Below are positions 47,801-59,800 of a stretch of DNA of 64,000 bases, piece by piece; within the stretch, counting starts at the first letter, position 1, and the number at the start of each line of letters is the position of its first letter. The notes below the pieces were generated by a model. That model saw only the letters and a program-made list of their open reading frames with translations, was not told where the DNA came from and did not search any database. Made by a program: the position numbers and the translations under genes. Origin of the DNA: Bispira polyomma (taxonomy: Eukaryota); assembly GCA_965649765.1 (NCBI GenBank), contig OZ287758.1, forward strand, positions 16,740,001 through 16,804,000. The letters run 5' to 3'.

Positions 47801-50800
47801 ATCAAAATGTTGACTGTCTCAAATTAACACTGAAATTGTCAGAGGTAATGGGATTTGGAATATATGCTATGTTGTTTAATTTTTAACTGCAAGTTACCAC
47901 ATTTCCACCAATGTCAAAAGCAGTTATCATTTGCAATTCAACTAATATTTAGAGAACTATAGAAAACAAAGTTTTGATTAATTCCACAGCCCTCCTCAAC
48001 TGGGTTAGTGTGGCTTTGATATGATATCAGCTTTCAGTACTTCTTCCTATTTCCTTCTATTACTTTAGACCCCAGTTCCAGCTATTTTCTGGAGGCAATG
48101 CTAATTTTAACAACATTTTCACTTGCCTCCAGCTTTCCGACAAATGATGAGGTCTCCCATTGCTAGCTCTTTGTGTCCTCTTAAGGTGACCCTATGGAAC
48201 CCGCTGCCAACAAAAGACTCGGTCTCCGCCCACCCACCACAAGGTCAGTCCCTTTATTTATATTCCAGGAGCTGCTAGTCTTTTTTCTACACTCTTTACC
48301 CCTGTTTATGATATAAGAGATGACTCTATTAATCACTAAATAAAAATCTTGACATGGTCGTTGAGAAACCAATCAATGTGCAGGAATCTGTTTTGTATGA
48401 AGATTAGCCTGGCCAAGACATTTCTATAGAGATTTGGCCCGGAGGTGATATGAATTTTAAACAGGTCCATCAAGTCTGTACTAACCCTTAGTGATTGGTA
48501 GTACATAGTGTAGCCCCACACCCTACCCCCCTCCACACCTCCCCCACACACCCCTTACTGCCTGGTTGAGCTGATTAGAACAGGAACTAAGATGCAAAGA
48601 GTGTAGAATTAAAAGGAAGGAAGTGACTGGTAGTTTATGGTAGACAGGGGTAACTTGGTGTTAGATTGAGTTTTTACTCTGCATATAGAAGGAATGAAGA
48701 GTTACTTGAGGCAACCGTAGCTTGAGGTTGTTGGCTGATACTCCAGTTGAAGTGAAATGTCTCTTTTTTTGCTGTGGCTCGTTACACTGGAGCTAATTTA
48801 AGGAACTTACATCATCCTTGTGTGATAGGAATACACACACTATCAGCATGTGTACTGTGTTTGTGTGGCTATGTAGTGGTACATGAGTGACTATTCTCTC
48901 ACATAGGGTTGGCTGTTTTTAACATTTCTATGGCTGACAAGCAGAGAATCTATCGTTCTCTTATGGAGATTGGTAACATACTGAATGAACTGGTACTAGT
49001 TATTGCTTGCCATGAGGCAGCCCAACAATGGTTAAGACCCATCAATGGTTATGGGCCATTAGGAACTTAATGGTAACATGAGTACTCAGTAGATCGCAAA
49101 CCTCTGCCATGAGGTACAAAATCAAATGGATCCATGCATAAAGCTACACTCTACACCTAGTACGCCATCTGCTACCATATACCAAACCAGATGACTAACT
49201 TTTGGGCTAAAACACATATTTCCTGGTAGTTTTTGAGGTATAAGGTGAATACGGATTAAATTTTAGAGCATGTACTCAGTACTTACTTAACTTTATCTAA
49301 ATTTGCACCAACATTGAATGGTGTCCTCTTATGTAATATTTAAGTTTACGATGTATAATGTTTTAGATGACAACAAAATATACTTCATTGACAGCAGCAA
49401 ACGAGCAATGTTTAATTATAGTCTTAACCTTAAAAGCCACCATTGTCATTAATCATTCAAATGAAACTTCAAGTCTATAAGAAGTAATTTGCACCTGAGA
49501 ATTTTTATGAGAAAAAACCGAAGCTTAGCGAGGTAGGAAAGCACTTTAAATGATGCCTTTGTCAGGTCTGTTTTGATTTATGATGTTGCTGTTTTTCCAT
49601 GTCACTCTAGCAACTCTATTTATTTGAATATTAATAAACAGCTCAGATGTCTGCTGTGTTAATTCATTTTGTGGCTGGAGTGAAGAGATTTGTACTCTGT
49701 CAAGGGTCTGAGGTATCAGGTTCAGGTTGTGTACATGTCACTTCGTCTAACATTTTTATGGACTTTGTCATTGAGTCTTTTATTAATAAATTTAGGTTCA
49801 GGGGTTAACACATGCAACGTTTGATCAGAGAAAATGTCATTTCTAAGCAACAATGTTGAATAAACAGTGCTACTGTAGATGATAAAATGTATGTAACTCA
49901 TCATAATGATTAACACAACTAGTTTATCTCCCTCAACACAACAGGGAATTTCATTTGTGGAAGAAACCAATACAGATTAGATTTTTATACTACAAAGCAC
50001 TGGCCCGGAGCAAGTCTACTGCCAAACTCCCTTAGTTTATACCAGGGTAAAGATTTAAACCCTAGTGCTACAATCGATGTCCATGCATCATTTGTAGTGA
50101 AAAGAGTAATTTGATAGATAAAAGAGGTTATTGATCAAAGAGTCCAGTCACAAAGGGGAAACGTGTGAGATCGGGTTTGAATTTGTAGAAAGTCTGTAAT
50201 CCTTTTTTCAGTACGGATGCTGAAATGGAGACTACACCATTCAGAAAATGTGTTGGCATTATTACGAAATGGTCAGTGGATGCAAAAATATTGTGCACAA
50301 GCTGTAGTTTAAATAACGCCATACAATTACACCTCTGGACATAAAGCCAGTTATTTCACCTATACTATAGTTTTTGTTTATTGAAAGCCTAACAAAGTAA
50401 TGGCTATTATGGTTGAAGCACCAGTACCTGTCCTTTATGTCAGCCAGTCCTTCTTTGAGATTCCTCAATTCCTGTGACAGATCACACTGAACAGTTTAGT
50501 TGTGCTGTAATTTTTCTTGGTATTAGTGTAGCCCTCTTTAGCTGAATAACCAGGTGTTTATCTCTTTCTTTTTAAACCATCATACTACAATTATTCTGTT
50601 TAGAGTGAAAATAATAGTGTTCAACACTAACTTGTTGATATAATACTATTGTTGACTTTGTCATTAAATTTAAAACATGACAGAAGGAACAATTCAGACT
50701 GTCACTAAATAATTAATTTTAAATAGGATTTTTCTGTTGCAATATATTTTTGTAATATTTTATACTGAAATACTATAATATTATTCTTTGCTACAATCAC

Positions 50801-51699
50801 AAAGGTAATGTGTATATTTTTGCCCAGTCATTTTCTTACAAATCATATTTACCTGTATAAAAAATGAAAAAAAAATGAAGATGCCCTGATTATTAAAACA
50901 GGCTAAAGGTATTAATTCAAGATGGCAAAATGATGAAAAAAGTTAAAACCTATGCTGACATATTTAGTTTAGGTTCAATGTTGCTAATGCACTGACAGAG
51001 AAATCAGAACAGGGTGATTGGTCGAAGATTTCTGCTTTGCAAACTATAGGCTTTTGGCAAGTCTACCCTGAACTTTTCCACAGGGACATGATTCAAACCC
51101 ATGACTGCTGAGGTTGGAGGCAATTGTGTTTACTTCCATAAACTATATCACTGCTCAAGTTTTGTCATTACATTCTCTTCTGTAGGTAGTATAGCACATG
51201 TAACTCAAAATACCAGGGCTCAAAAGCAACTAACACAATATCTATTGACAAGAAGATGTAATATGTACTACAGTCTTCATCTAAAGAAGAAAGGTTGGCG
51301 ATAAACGATGTGGTTATCCATCAAATCTAGTGTCACAGTGAATCATGTGCTGCGAGCCTGTTGATTAATGGTATGCTAGTTTCTGCAGCTCTACTCCAAC
51401 CACTCCATTTATCAGACTGTTAATAAACAGCTCAGGGCTGGTATTCACAAAGATTCTTATTCTTATTTTTTGTCTCAAGCCATTTAATTGGCTGAAAATA
51501 TGTTAGAAAGAATCTGATTTGTGTAGTTCTATTCTGTTAAGGCCATAATAATAAAACCCCATTGTGATATTGTATTTGATTGTAACAATCTGGAAATGTT
51601 AAAGGGACTTAAGTGACTGTCTGAACATGCAAATCAAATCAGTAATAACAGATTAGTAGACATTAGATACTTTTTTCAAATAACAGGTAAGAATTGTAA

Positions 51700-52020
51700 T
51701 TGGATTTTTATAGCGCTTAATCTCCCCTTTACGAAGGGGACTCTAAGGCGCAACAGCACAAAGACAGTAAACCAATTTTAATTTTGAGGGACAGAATAAA
51801 GGTCAAGCACCACAGAGAACGCCAGGGGATGATTAAGACTAAGGTGGGTATGCCTTGGTGTACAGGTAGGTTTTAAGCTGCTTTCTAAAAGAGGCTAGAG
51901 AGGGGGGCACACGAGTCACAACAGGAAGAGCAATTCAAACAGTGGGAGCATCAAAAGCAAAGCTATAACCAAACTGTTTGGCAGGCTTTTAAGTAAAAGA
52001 TTGTACAAATTACAAAGTCA
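51700..52020 (-). mobile_element. 3' end of L2-like LINE with 3' UTR (copy B)
   Basis: FRKQLKTYLYTKAYPP* followed by a tail ending GAGATTAAGCGCTATAAAA. Confidence 0.7.
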
Positions 52021-52654
52021 TGAATATATTTATAGTAAATTTTACATACCTAAATGTGATTCAACATGCAAATAGCTGAAAAACCAAACAACTAACATAT
52101 ATTTCAAAGCTTGACTTGAACATTAAGATATATTGATTTAAATTGAAACCATCAGCCTTTTTCTGTAACCTGGTACAAATATAACAGAGTTTAGATACCT
52201 CTACACCAGGGGCTGTACAATATGTTACATCTCCCGGGACAGTCTTCAAAACTATTAACATTTGAACAAAGAAACACCAAACATGTCAGTAGATAGAGGG
52301 TTAAAAATATGCCTCATAATCTGGAATGGAACATACTCTACTCTGTATTGATGTTTAGGCTAAGATAACTCGATACCTCTGTGTATTCTAATGTGATATC
52401 AAACCCATATACTTCAAAAGAAGTGCGGTGGTAAAAGTCTCTGACTAATAATAGTATCAGATAACTGTTCTATACATACAATACAACAATGGAAGCTGTC
52501 TATCTTTATGCCTCAAACAGAGCAATTTACAGTCTATACAGTTTGTATATTTGTCATTGGGTGGAAAAACAGGCAGATTGAGCCTGTGATAGTAAGTTGT
52601 TTGTGTGAGAACATTGTACATCATGGCAAACTTTCCCACGTGAAGGAAACAGGA

Positions 52655-52978
52655 AAATCTAATCTAATAAACAAGCTACAGAAAATTCAAAATAACCTGT
52701 GTAGAATAGTGAGCCGTGCTTTCCCACGCACTCACACTACTGCCCTGCTTAAGCAATTACATTGGCTACCTATTGAGTTCCGTATTAAATTTAAGGTAAT
52801 TGTCCTCATTTTTAAGACAGTCTGTGTACATCAACCTGTCCACTTATCATCTATGCTGTTTCTCAGCAATCTCACCAGAGGTAATCGTCTCTCCACCTCC
52901 GGTTTCCTACCTCAAAAGCATCACAGGTTTCAGAAAAATCTCAAAACATATCTGTATCAGCTCGCTTTCCCACCCTAG
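52655..52978 (+). mobile_element. 3' fragment of L2-like LINE ORF2 (copy B)
   Basis: KLQKIQNNLCRIV...LKQLHWLPIEFRIKFK...FQKNLKTYLY within ORF 52508-52978. Confidence 0.8.
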
Positions 52979-53210
52979 CATTCATCTGCTGGTCAAACTA
53001 AACTCTGATCACAAACCTTTTCCGTCTGCCATCTATCCTTTTGCACACTTATTAGGATATGTGCCACAGAGGATGCCTGGTCATAGATTGTGGTGCTAAA
53101 GAACTAAAACCATTAACATTAATCCTACTATCCTTAGAGGTGCGAGGTTAAACATATTAAAGAAGATGCTTATAACAGCCAGGAAACACCTTTGTCCCCC
53201 TTAAACATAG

Positions 53211-53419
53211 AATTTGAATTTAGTTAAGTTTTACATCGCTTTCAACAGCTTAGGTCTCATCACGACGGCCGTATTCAATGGTGGAAGAAACCAGTGCTGA
53301 AGCACTGTAAATCACTGACAATTACCTGACAAATTTTCCCGCTGGAAGGAACAATCGTGATTCAAACCCACATTGGTGAGAGAGCAGTAGGCTTTTAATC
53401 ACTAGGCCACGAGATCCCT
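53211..53419 (-). mobile_element. tRNA-derived SINE (copy B paralog of 34052-34260)
   Basis: Nearly identical to the copy A SINE. Confidence 0.65.
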
Positions 53420-55051
53420 CCCTTGAACATAGAATAATAGACAAATATGCATGAGCTACACAATATTAATGCAGAGTCTATAAGTTGGTGTTTGTTTCAA
53501 TTTGCATCATTTTTATTCCAAAAGGGCATTCTAATTTAGAAGTAGTTATTATACATTAATATCCACAAATTTATCTTCTGTGTTAGTTTCAAACGGAAGA
53601 ACTGCTAGGTCTGGAGAAAACATTGGAAGAATCCATCAAGTACTGTGTCACGTTAAATCATGGCTTTGTCATGACTGTTTGGATTTATGATGTGGCTGTT
53701 TCTCCAGGTCACTCTCCCTACTCTATTTATTTGACTATTTATAAACAGTTCACATGTTGGCTGTGATCATTTCTTTTGCCTAATGACTGGCAATGTTACA
53801 GTAAAGAACTCCCTAAATCTGTCAGAATGTCCATATAGTCTCAGCTGGCATTATACATTCACCACCCTTTTTAATTTCACATGGCTTAAGAACTTTCTGA
53901 TTGAGTGACATTTTATCTGTGTGGAGTAGTATTTTTCCTCCTGATGGTAAAAAATAAACAGAACGACTCAGATTTCACTTGAGGTTTTTGATTATTTGTT
54001 CAGCAACCCCACTTTACCAACATATAATACTCAAGGGTTAGTAAAAAGTTAGACGTTTTAGGACATTGGGAGTAGTAAAAAATAAGGACAGGCAGCTTCA
54101 ATAGTTACTTGTTTCAGGTGCAAAAATGTTTAGCAGCTGTAGATTTAAGAAGTGCATTGGAATGCAATGAACACACATAGGGTGAGTCGTTAGTTTTATT
54201 ATTTCATCAACTGATAGAAAAATGGTGAAAAACATATTACAGACAATGAAATGAGCTTTCTACATAAGAAAATGCAAGAAAAGAATTCCATATCACATTG
54301 GAAACTTTACATGGTTGTACAAAAGAAGCAGGGATTGCAAATTTCACATTTGAGTAGCTTTTTGTACAATGTCTAAGTACATTTATCGCTGTTAAAATTG
54401 GGCATGCCACACAGCCTCGAAATATACGACTTTGACGGACAAAACTGTTGTTTTAACTGGTCAAGCGAATCACTGTATTTGGGACAAAACCAAGGTCATC
54501 TGCTTTTTAAAGGAAGTGGTGTTACATGCTACAGTAAACGACGTATGGAACATTTTTAAATACATAACATTCCCAACTTTAACACTTGTGACAATCACAT
54601 TTTCCTGTGTCAAAATTAATGTGACTAAACTTAAAATATACTTTGATATGTAACGATCATTGTGTGTATTTCATATTGTAGAATTCAGTGAGTATACATC
54701 GCATAAGGTTAAGCAGGAATAAGGAGGGGGTAATTTAATCCACCCTTAGCCTTGATTAATAATAATCTGAAACAATGTTATAAGCCATATATTTAAGACT
54801 TATTGCAAGTCATACAGATGGTTTGGCCTTTAACTGTTGGTGGGTCTACTCCAGCACCACAACAGCTCACACCTGTGTACCTCAACCTCAAACTGGGCTA
54901 CACTTATTGTTGGAGACAAACTTGGCTTTTTTAGCTATTTCTATTACAACTCTAGTAACAGTTTGAAAATTGAGACTTCATAACTATCTCAGAAAAGTAA
55001 TGTAAGACACAAAACCCAGTCACTCCATCTACAGTACAAAAACTAAGCCTG

Positions 55052-56021
55052 TAGACATCACGCCCTAATAGGGGTCTGATCCTTCAGTTGGCTCAAATAA
55101 CTTTCATTATGTACTACCTTAATCCCTGGTGGCCAAATTGAAATAAGTTTCACTCTGTCCATCCACCCATACTTTTAACCATTCCTTTGTCGTGTTTCAC
55201 AATAATTTTCCCACATTTTACCCGCCATTATTACTCTCGACACTGAAGTATACACATGAGAAAATTGGCCACGTCCTCCCCTTTACCACAGCAATTTAAG
55301 GTCTTTTCATGTAACTGTTATCTCGACACACTTTATAGTCTGCTTCCTGGGCCGAATGGGGGGCTGATTCAGTCTTCTTTAACTCTCCCCTGAGCATCAC
55401 GTCTAGGGAGCTAGGGTTGAAAAAGGGCTCTGAGAGGCCGAATCTCTCCATGCCAGGCGGCTGGTGTCCAAGGCTCTCGCGGCCGACTTCGAGGTTTAGA
55501 GTAACAGTTAAGATAATTTATATATGTTGTAAAATATACACTTCGACGTTACAGGGTTGAAAGGGTTGTAATTTTTTGGCTAGTCCGTTTGTCATCACGA
55601 CTCATGTTTGTAAATGTTATGAAGGAGCACATGATGGTTCCGAGGATAAAAGAAATGTTCAGTGAGTCCTCTAACGAAGGTGCTGCACTGTTATATACTC
55701 TATATACCAAAGGGTCTGTCTTTTGTTTTAGTTGTAACAGTCATGAGTAATAATTAAATATTTTTTAAGATTTTATATTATTTTTAAGAGTTCATATTAC
55801 TGTTAGAATAGTATTATTGTTATGAGTGTTTTAAAAATTAGATTTACAATGTTCAAAATATATTTTTAACCCTTATTTTAACATAAACTAATGTCCTAAC
55901 ATGTACAGAAAATAAAACCTCAAACTAATGGAATTTGACACTTATCTTGCATCATATAAATTAACCCTTCAACATAGAAATTACCTCTGCTTCTAATTTA
56001 TCTTCACATTTTGGCAAACTG
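55052..56021 (+). mobile_element. ORF-less solo A-B unit of a YR retrotransposon (970 bp)
   Basis: Empty site AAGCCTG|TGTTTG in copy A (~35888-35900). Shares ACTACCTTAATCCCT, CCTCCCCT(T)TACCACAGC, GGGCTCTGAGAGG, TGGTGTCCAAGGC and TAACATGTA..AAAACCTCAAA, in order, with A2-B2 of 20584-21835 (minus). Ends ACTG. Confidence 0.85.
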
Positions 56022-56805
56022 TGTTTGAAAGGAGTTTCTAGCAGCCTTCTGCTTTACGATAATTGCCTCTGTACCCCACCCACTCCTCTATAATCCCTGT
56101 GTTAGGTTTTAATTAACACCGCACCACATACACACACTACATTAATGTCACCTCCCCTGACCTCCCCAATCCTGACAAATGGTAGCAATTTGTTCTTAGA
56201 ACGAGGAGTGAAATAGAAAGCAGATCTTGCAGAGAGGAGAGTGTGTGTGGGGGGAGAGGAGGAAGAGATAACTGGACATGTCCCAAACCAGGCCTTAGCA
56301 TCACACAACGTCCAGAATAATTTAGGCTCATCTAACACTAGCAAGTTTATGCTTTTTAATGCTGTTGTAGAAGTAATGTCCAAAGTTGATTACATGCCAA
56401 GCTGAAACAATGACAGCTGTGTAGTGTAAATCTAGCATTCTGGTGTTGTTTGAGTAATGCTAGCACCATTTTGGGGTCATTTGTTAGAGATCTGAGTTGA
56501 CAGGAAATACAATTTCCATAAAATATTATAATTGAAACAAATAAGAAAATTATAATTCAAACACATGTATAAATTTAACTCTAGAAAATAAACAAACACT
56601 AAGATATGTTGATCAGTGTTAAATCTGGTTAAATCAAGGTGAGTGCTTAAAAAGACAACAAGGTCTGCGTTCATGTGTCTTAATTAGAAGGCAGAGGCAA
56701 TTACTAATCATACCAAAGGGAGTTTCATATGGTTCAAGAATCAAGACTTAGGGTGCAATAGTAAGGCTTCATCTTCAAACTAAATGTTCTTGTTTTGAAG
56801 ACCAT

Positions 56806-59800
56806 TGCAGCTACTATATCAGAGGTCTTATTGTGAATAAAAAGAGTTGGGTAATAATCAAAGCTAACCATTAACAGTGTGAGTAATATACCACTTACAC
56901 ACTATCCCTCCAAACATCAAATGATTGATGAGAAGAGGTAAAGAAAAGATGACACAGCAACAGATACCAACGTGTGTAGTTGTAGATTTAAGATGAGTGG
57001 GGGGAACTATATCTACCCCCTCATACCGTCTTAATTAAATTTATTAGACTGAATTAATAGCTACCTATTGCTTTGAAGAGAAATTAAATAGAATTGGGAG
57101 TGAGGCTGGCAGATGTGGGGTGTTTTATCACTGGGCAGGATCTTACAGGTTAAGGAGGATTTGTGTGTTCTTAACTATGTGGTTATCTCTGATGGTATAT
57201 GATGGCTGTATACTGTAGGTTAACAGAGTGTTTGTAGTTTAATTTTATTTTTATTCGAAAATATGTGGGTGAAGAAATAGTTTCTAGCAGTAATATTTTA
57301 ACAGTAATTTTGCAAATCCCCCATTTGATACTTTGTTTTGCTGCAATAAAATGCAGTTCAAATGGTGTGCTGTGATGTATTACTGTGACCAGGGCAAAAG
57401 AAATAGTTAAGAAATCAATCCAGGGGAGAACGTTTTTTAAAAGAAGAGATTTGTGTAACAAATACATCTTCTATAAGATAAGATATTTTATAATGTACCC
57501 AGGGCCTGCTAGTGTCTTTTTTCTGTATTTCTCACATGCAGGTGTCATAATTTTTAGGTTTTGACAGAAACCCTGTCACAGAAGATATCTCTTCATGCAA
57601 GTTAATGAACTGTGTGGCATTTAACTGTGCTACAAAAGCTAACAAACACCTGAGAAGTATATTAAAGTAATCTCATCAAAATGTGTTGTAAGCGTACAGA
57701 ACAGTGATTTTATCACAAATAACTATTTGTGGTGAAGCTTATTTCAAATGCTTTGAGTCACATCGGCACAAGTGATAAAATAAAATACATCCAGGTGCTG
57801 TATGAGGCAATGTGACAAAGTTTGGCTGTTACATCATTATGTGCATAGAACTCTGGCTATACTTCTCACATTTTATGGTCTCCCCTCTTGAGGAATAATG
57901 TCTCTATAAAAGTATTAATGTCAATAGTAAAGACAATATTTGAATAGTTCATTTTCAGAAAAAACTGGCATGTTCCATATATTTTTATCTTTTGTGGGAA
58001 GTTTACATAAGTTGGCAAATTAACTTTTGACATCCTCCCAACCCACCACATGTATAATGTTAACACTACAAAACGCTAGAATAATTTAGAAAACTGCTGT
58101 AAAATAACTGCTGGTTAACCAATATAGAACTTTTACTGGCTATTTTAGTGCTCATAAACTTATCTTCTTTAGAGTGACAACTCAGTGGCTGAATTAATTT
58201 ATTTGAAGCATTTATGCAGTGCCTTATTGATACTCCATCCTCCATAGTCCTACAGCATGGTTGTCATCAGTACACAATGGCATGTTTACATCTTGCCCAA
58301 GGATGGTATTCCCTGTAACCATTAAGATATTACTAGGGGTCAGAGCTTTATTATTATTATACAAAATTTAAAAAGCGGTTTATATATATTACTCTAAAGC
58401 GCTTTACCTTACCACAAGGCCATTAGATACCACAAATGCTAAACACTGATAACATGTTGCACATTTAAAGTGAGGTTTGTGAACCAGAGTCAAGATGGAT
58501 GTGTCTGAGATAGGCAAGTTGACTTTAGTGTAAGAGATGTAGCACTCCCTTGTCTCAGTTCTAACAACTAGACTATAGTCTCAATTGGGGTACAATTGAT
58601 GACTATGTGGTAGTTAACTTGGTGATGAAATACTAGGCTTTAGCCATTTTTGTTAGTTTATACATTAATCTATTCGAATTTGTTCAGCGAATGTTTATCC
58701 AAAAAAATCTTCTCTTGATGAAATGAAGTAATTTGATATATGGAACAACCTTTTTTCAACCACTATTGTGTGATTAATAATCATATTGCAGTAAATAAAA
58801 TGTACATATCCTTGTGTTGAAGAATTGTCACAAACAGTGAAAATGTAATATCCTACTGATGTTTAAATTATGCTCATAAACTATTACATTTATTTTCTAT
58901 GAAATTTCACTTCGTTTAATGTTTTTAAATGTCTTTGAAATATACTTCCAATGACAACAGCAAAATATCAATGCTTTTGTAATCATAGTATAGGAAAAAT
59001 AAACCGCGAGGAAGAAGCAAAGAGTGTGAAAATCCATCAAGTCCATGTGTCACTTCAAATCATGTCTTTGTCAGGGAAAGTAAAGGAAATTTGTAAAGGG
59101 ATTTGTACAACCCCTTTGCTTCAAATTTGCACTGACTACCAATCAGCACCTGCCGAAAAAAATTGTCTGCCTGATAGTTTTTACACTGTGACACGGATTA
59201 CAGGTTTCAGGGAAAAAACTTAAAACACATTTGCAAAAACTTGTTTTTCTGCCCAAACATTCTTTGGTTGGTTTTGACTGAACTCTGATCACAAACCTTC
59301 AGACTATTCGTTTGGGATGTGCACCAGAGATGATGCCTGGTCATCGATTGTGAAAACTATAGAAGTAAGACATAAACATTAGGTTTAATATCACTCTCAA
59401 CACTTATGTATTATAGGACTCCATGCATTTCATTGGTGGAGGAAACCAATATAAATGTGATTCCTACACTACAAAGCGCTGGCCTTCAGCAAGTCTACTG
59501 TCAACCTTCTATCATATATACCAGGGTTGATATTTGAACCCACGACCACAGAGTCTCAAAGTAGCAGGACTAAAAAAACTGACACAATATATAGTGAAAA
59601 TATGATGTAATATGTACTACATCCTTCATCCATATCCATATTTACTTTGAAGACAGGATATGCTATTGTTTGATCCTTTCAGTATTGTTAAAAATATCCA
59701 TGGATCCTTTGAAAAAAACTTTGTATAGGAATGTTTTCTCATTGAATGAAGGTGACACATGAGTCGTTCTAGGTAATTCTGTAAATGGCTTTGGTTTAAA

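Larger units (their letters stand above)
37294..56805 (+). repeat. Segmental tandem repeat, copy B (~13 kb net of insertions)
   Basis: Collinear with copy A throughout. Lacks the hAT and the 20584-22443 insertions and carries two private insertions. Confidence 0.92.

Noticed and set aside
55428-55445. CTGAGAGGCCGAAT resembling a minimal hammerhead ribozyme core
   Set aside because: It lacks the N of CUGANGA and has no GAAA, and the homolog reads CTGAGAGGTTGGAC.
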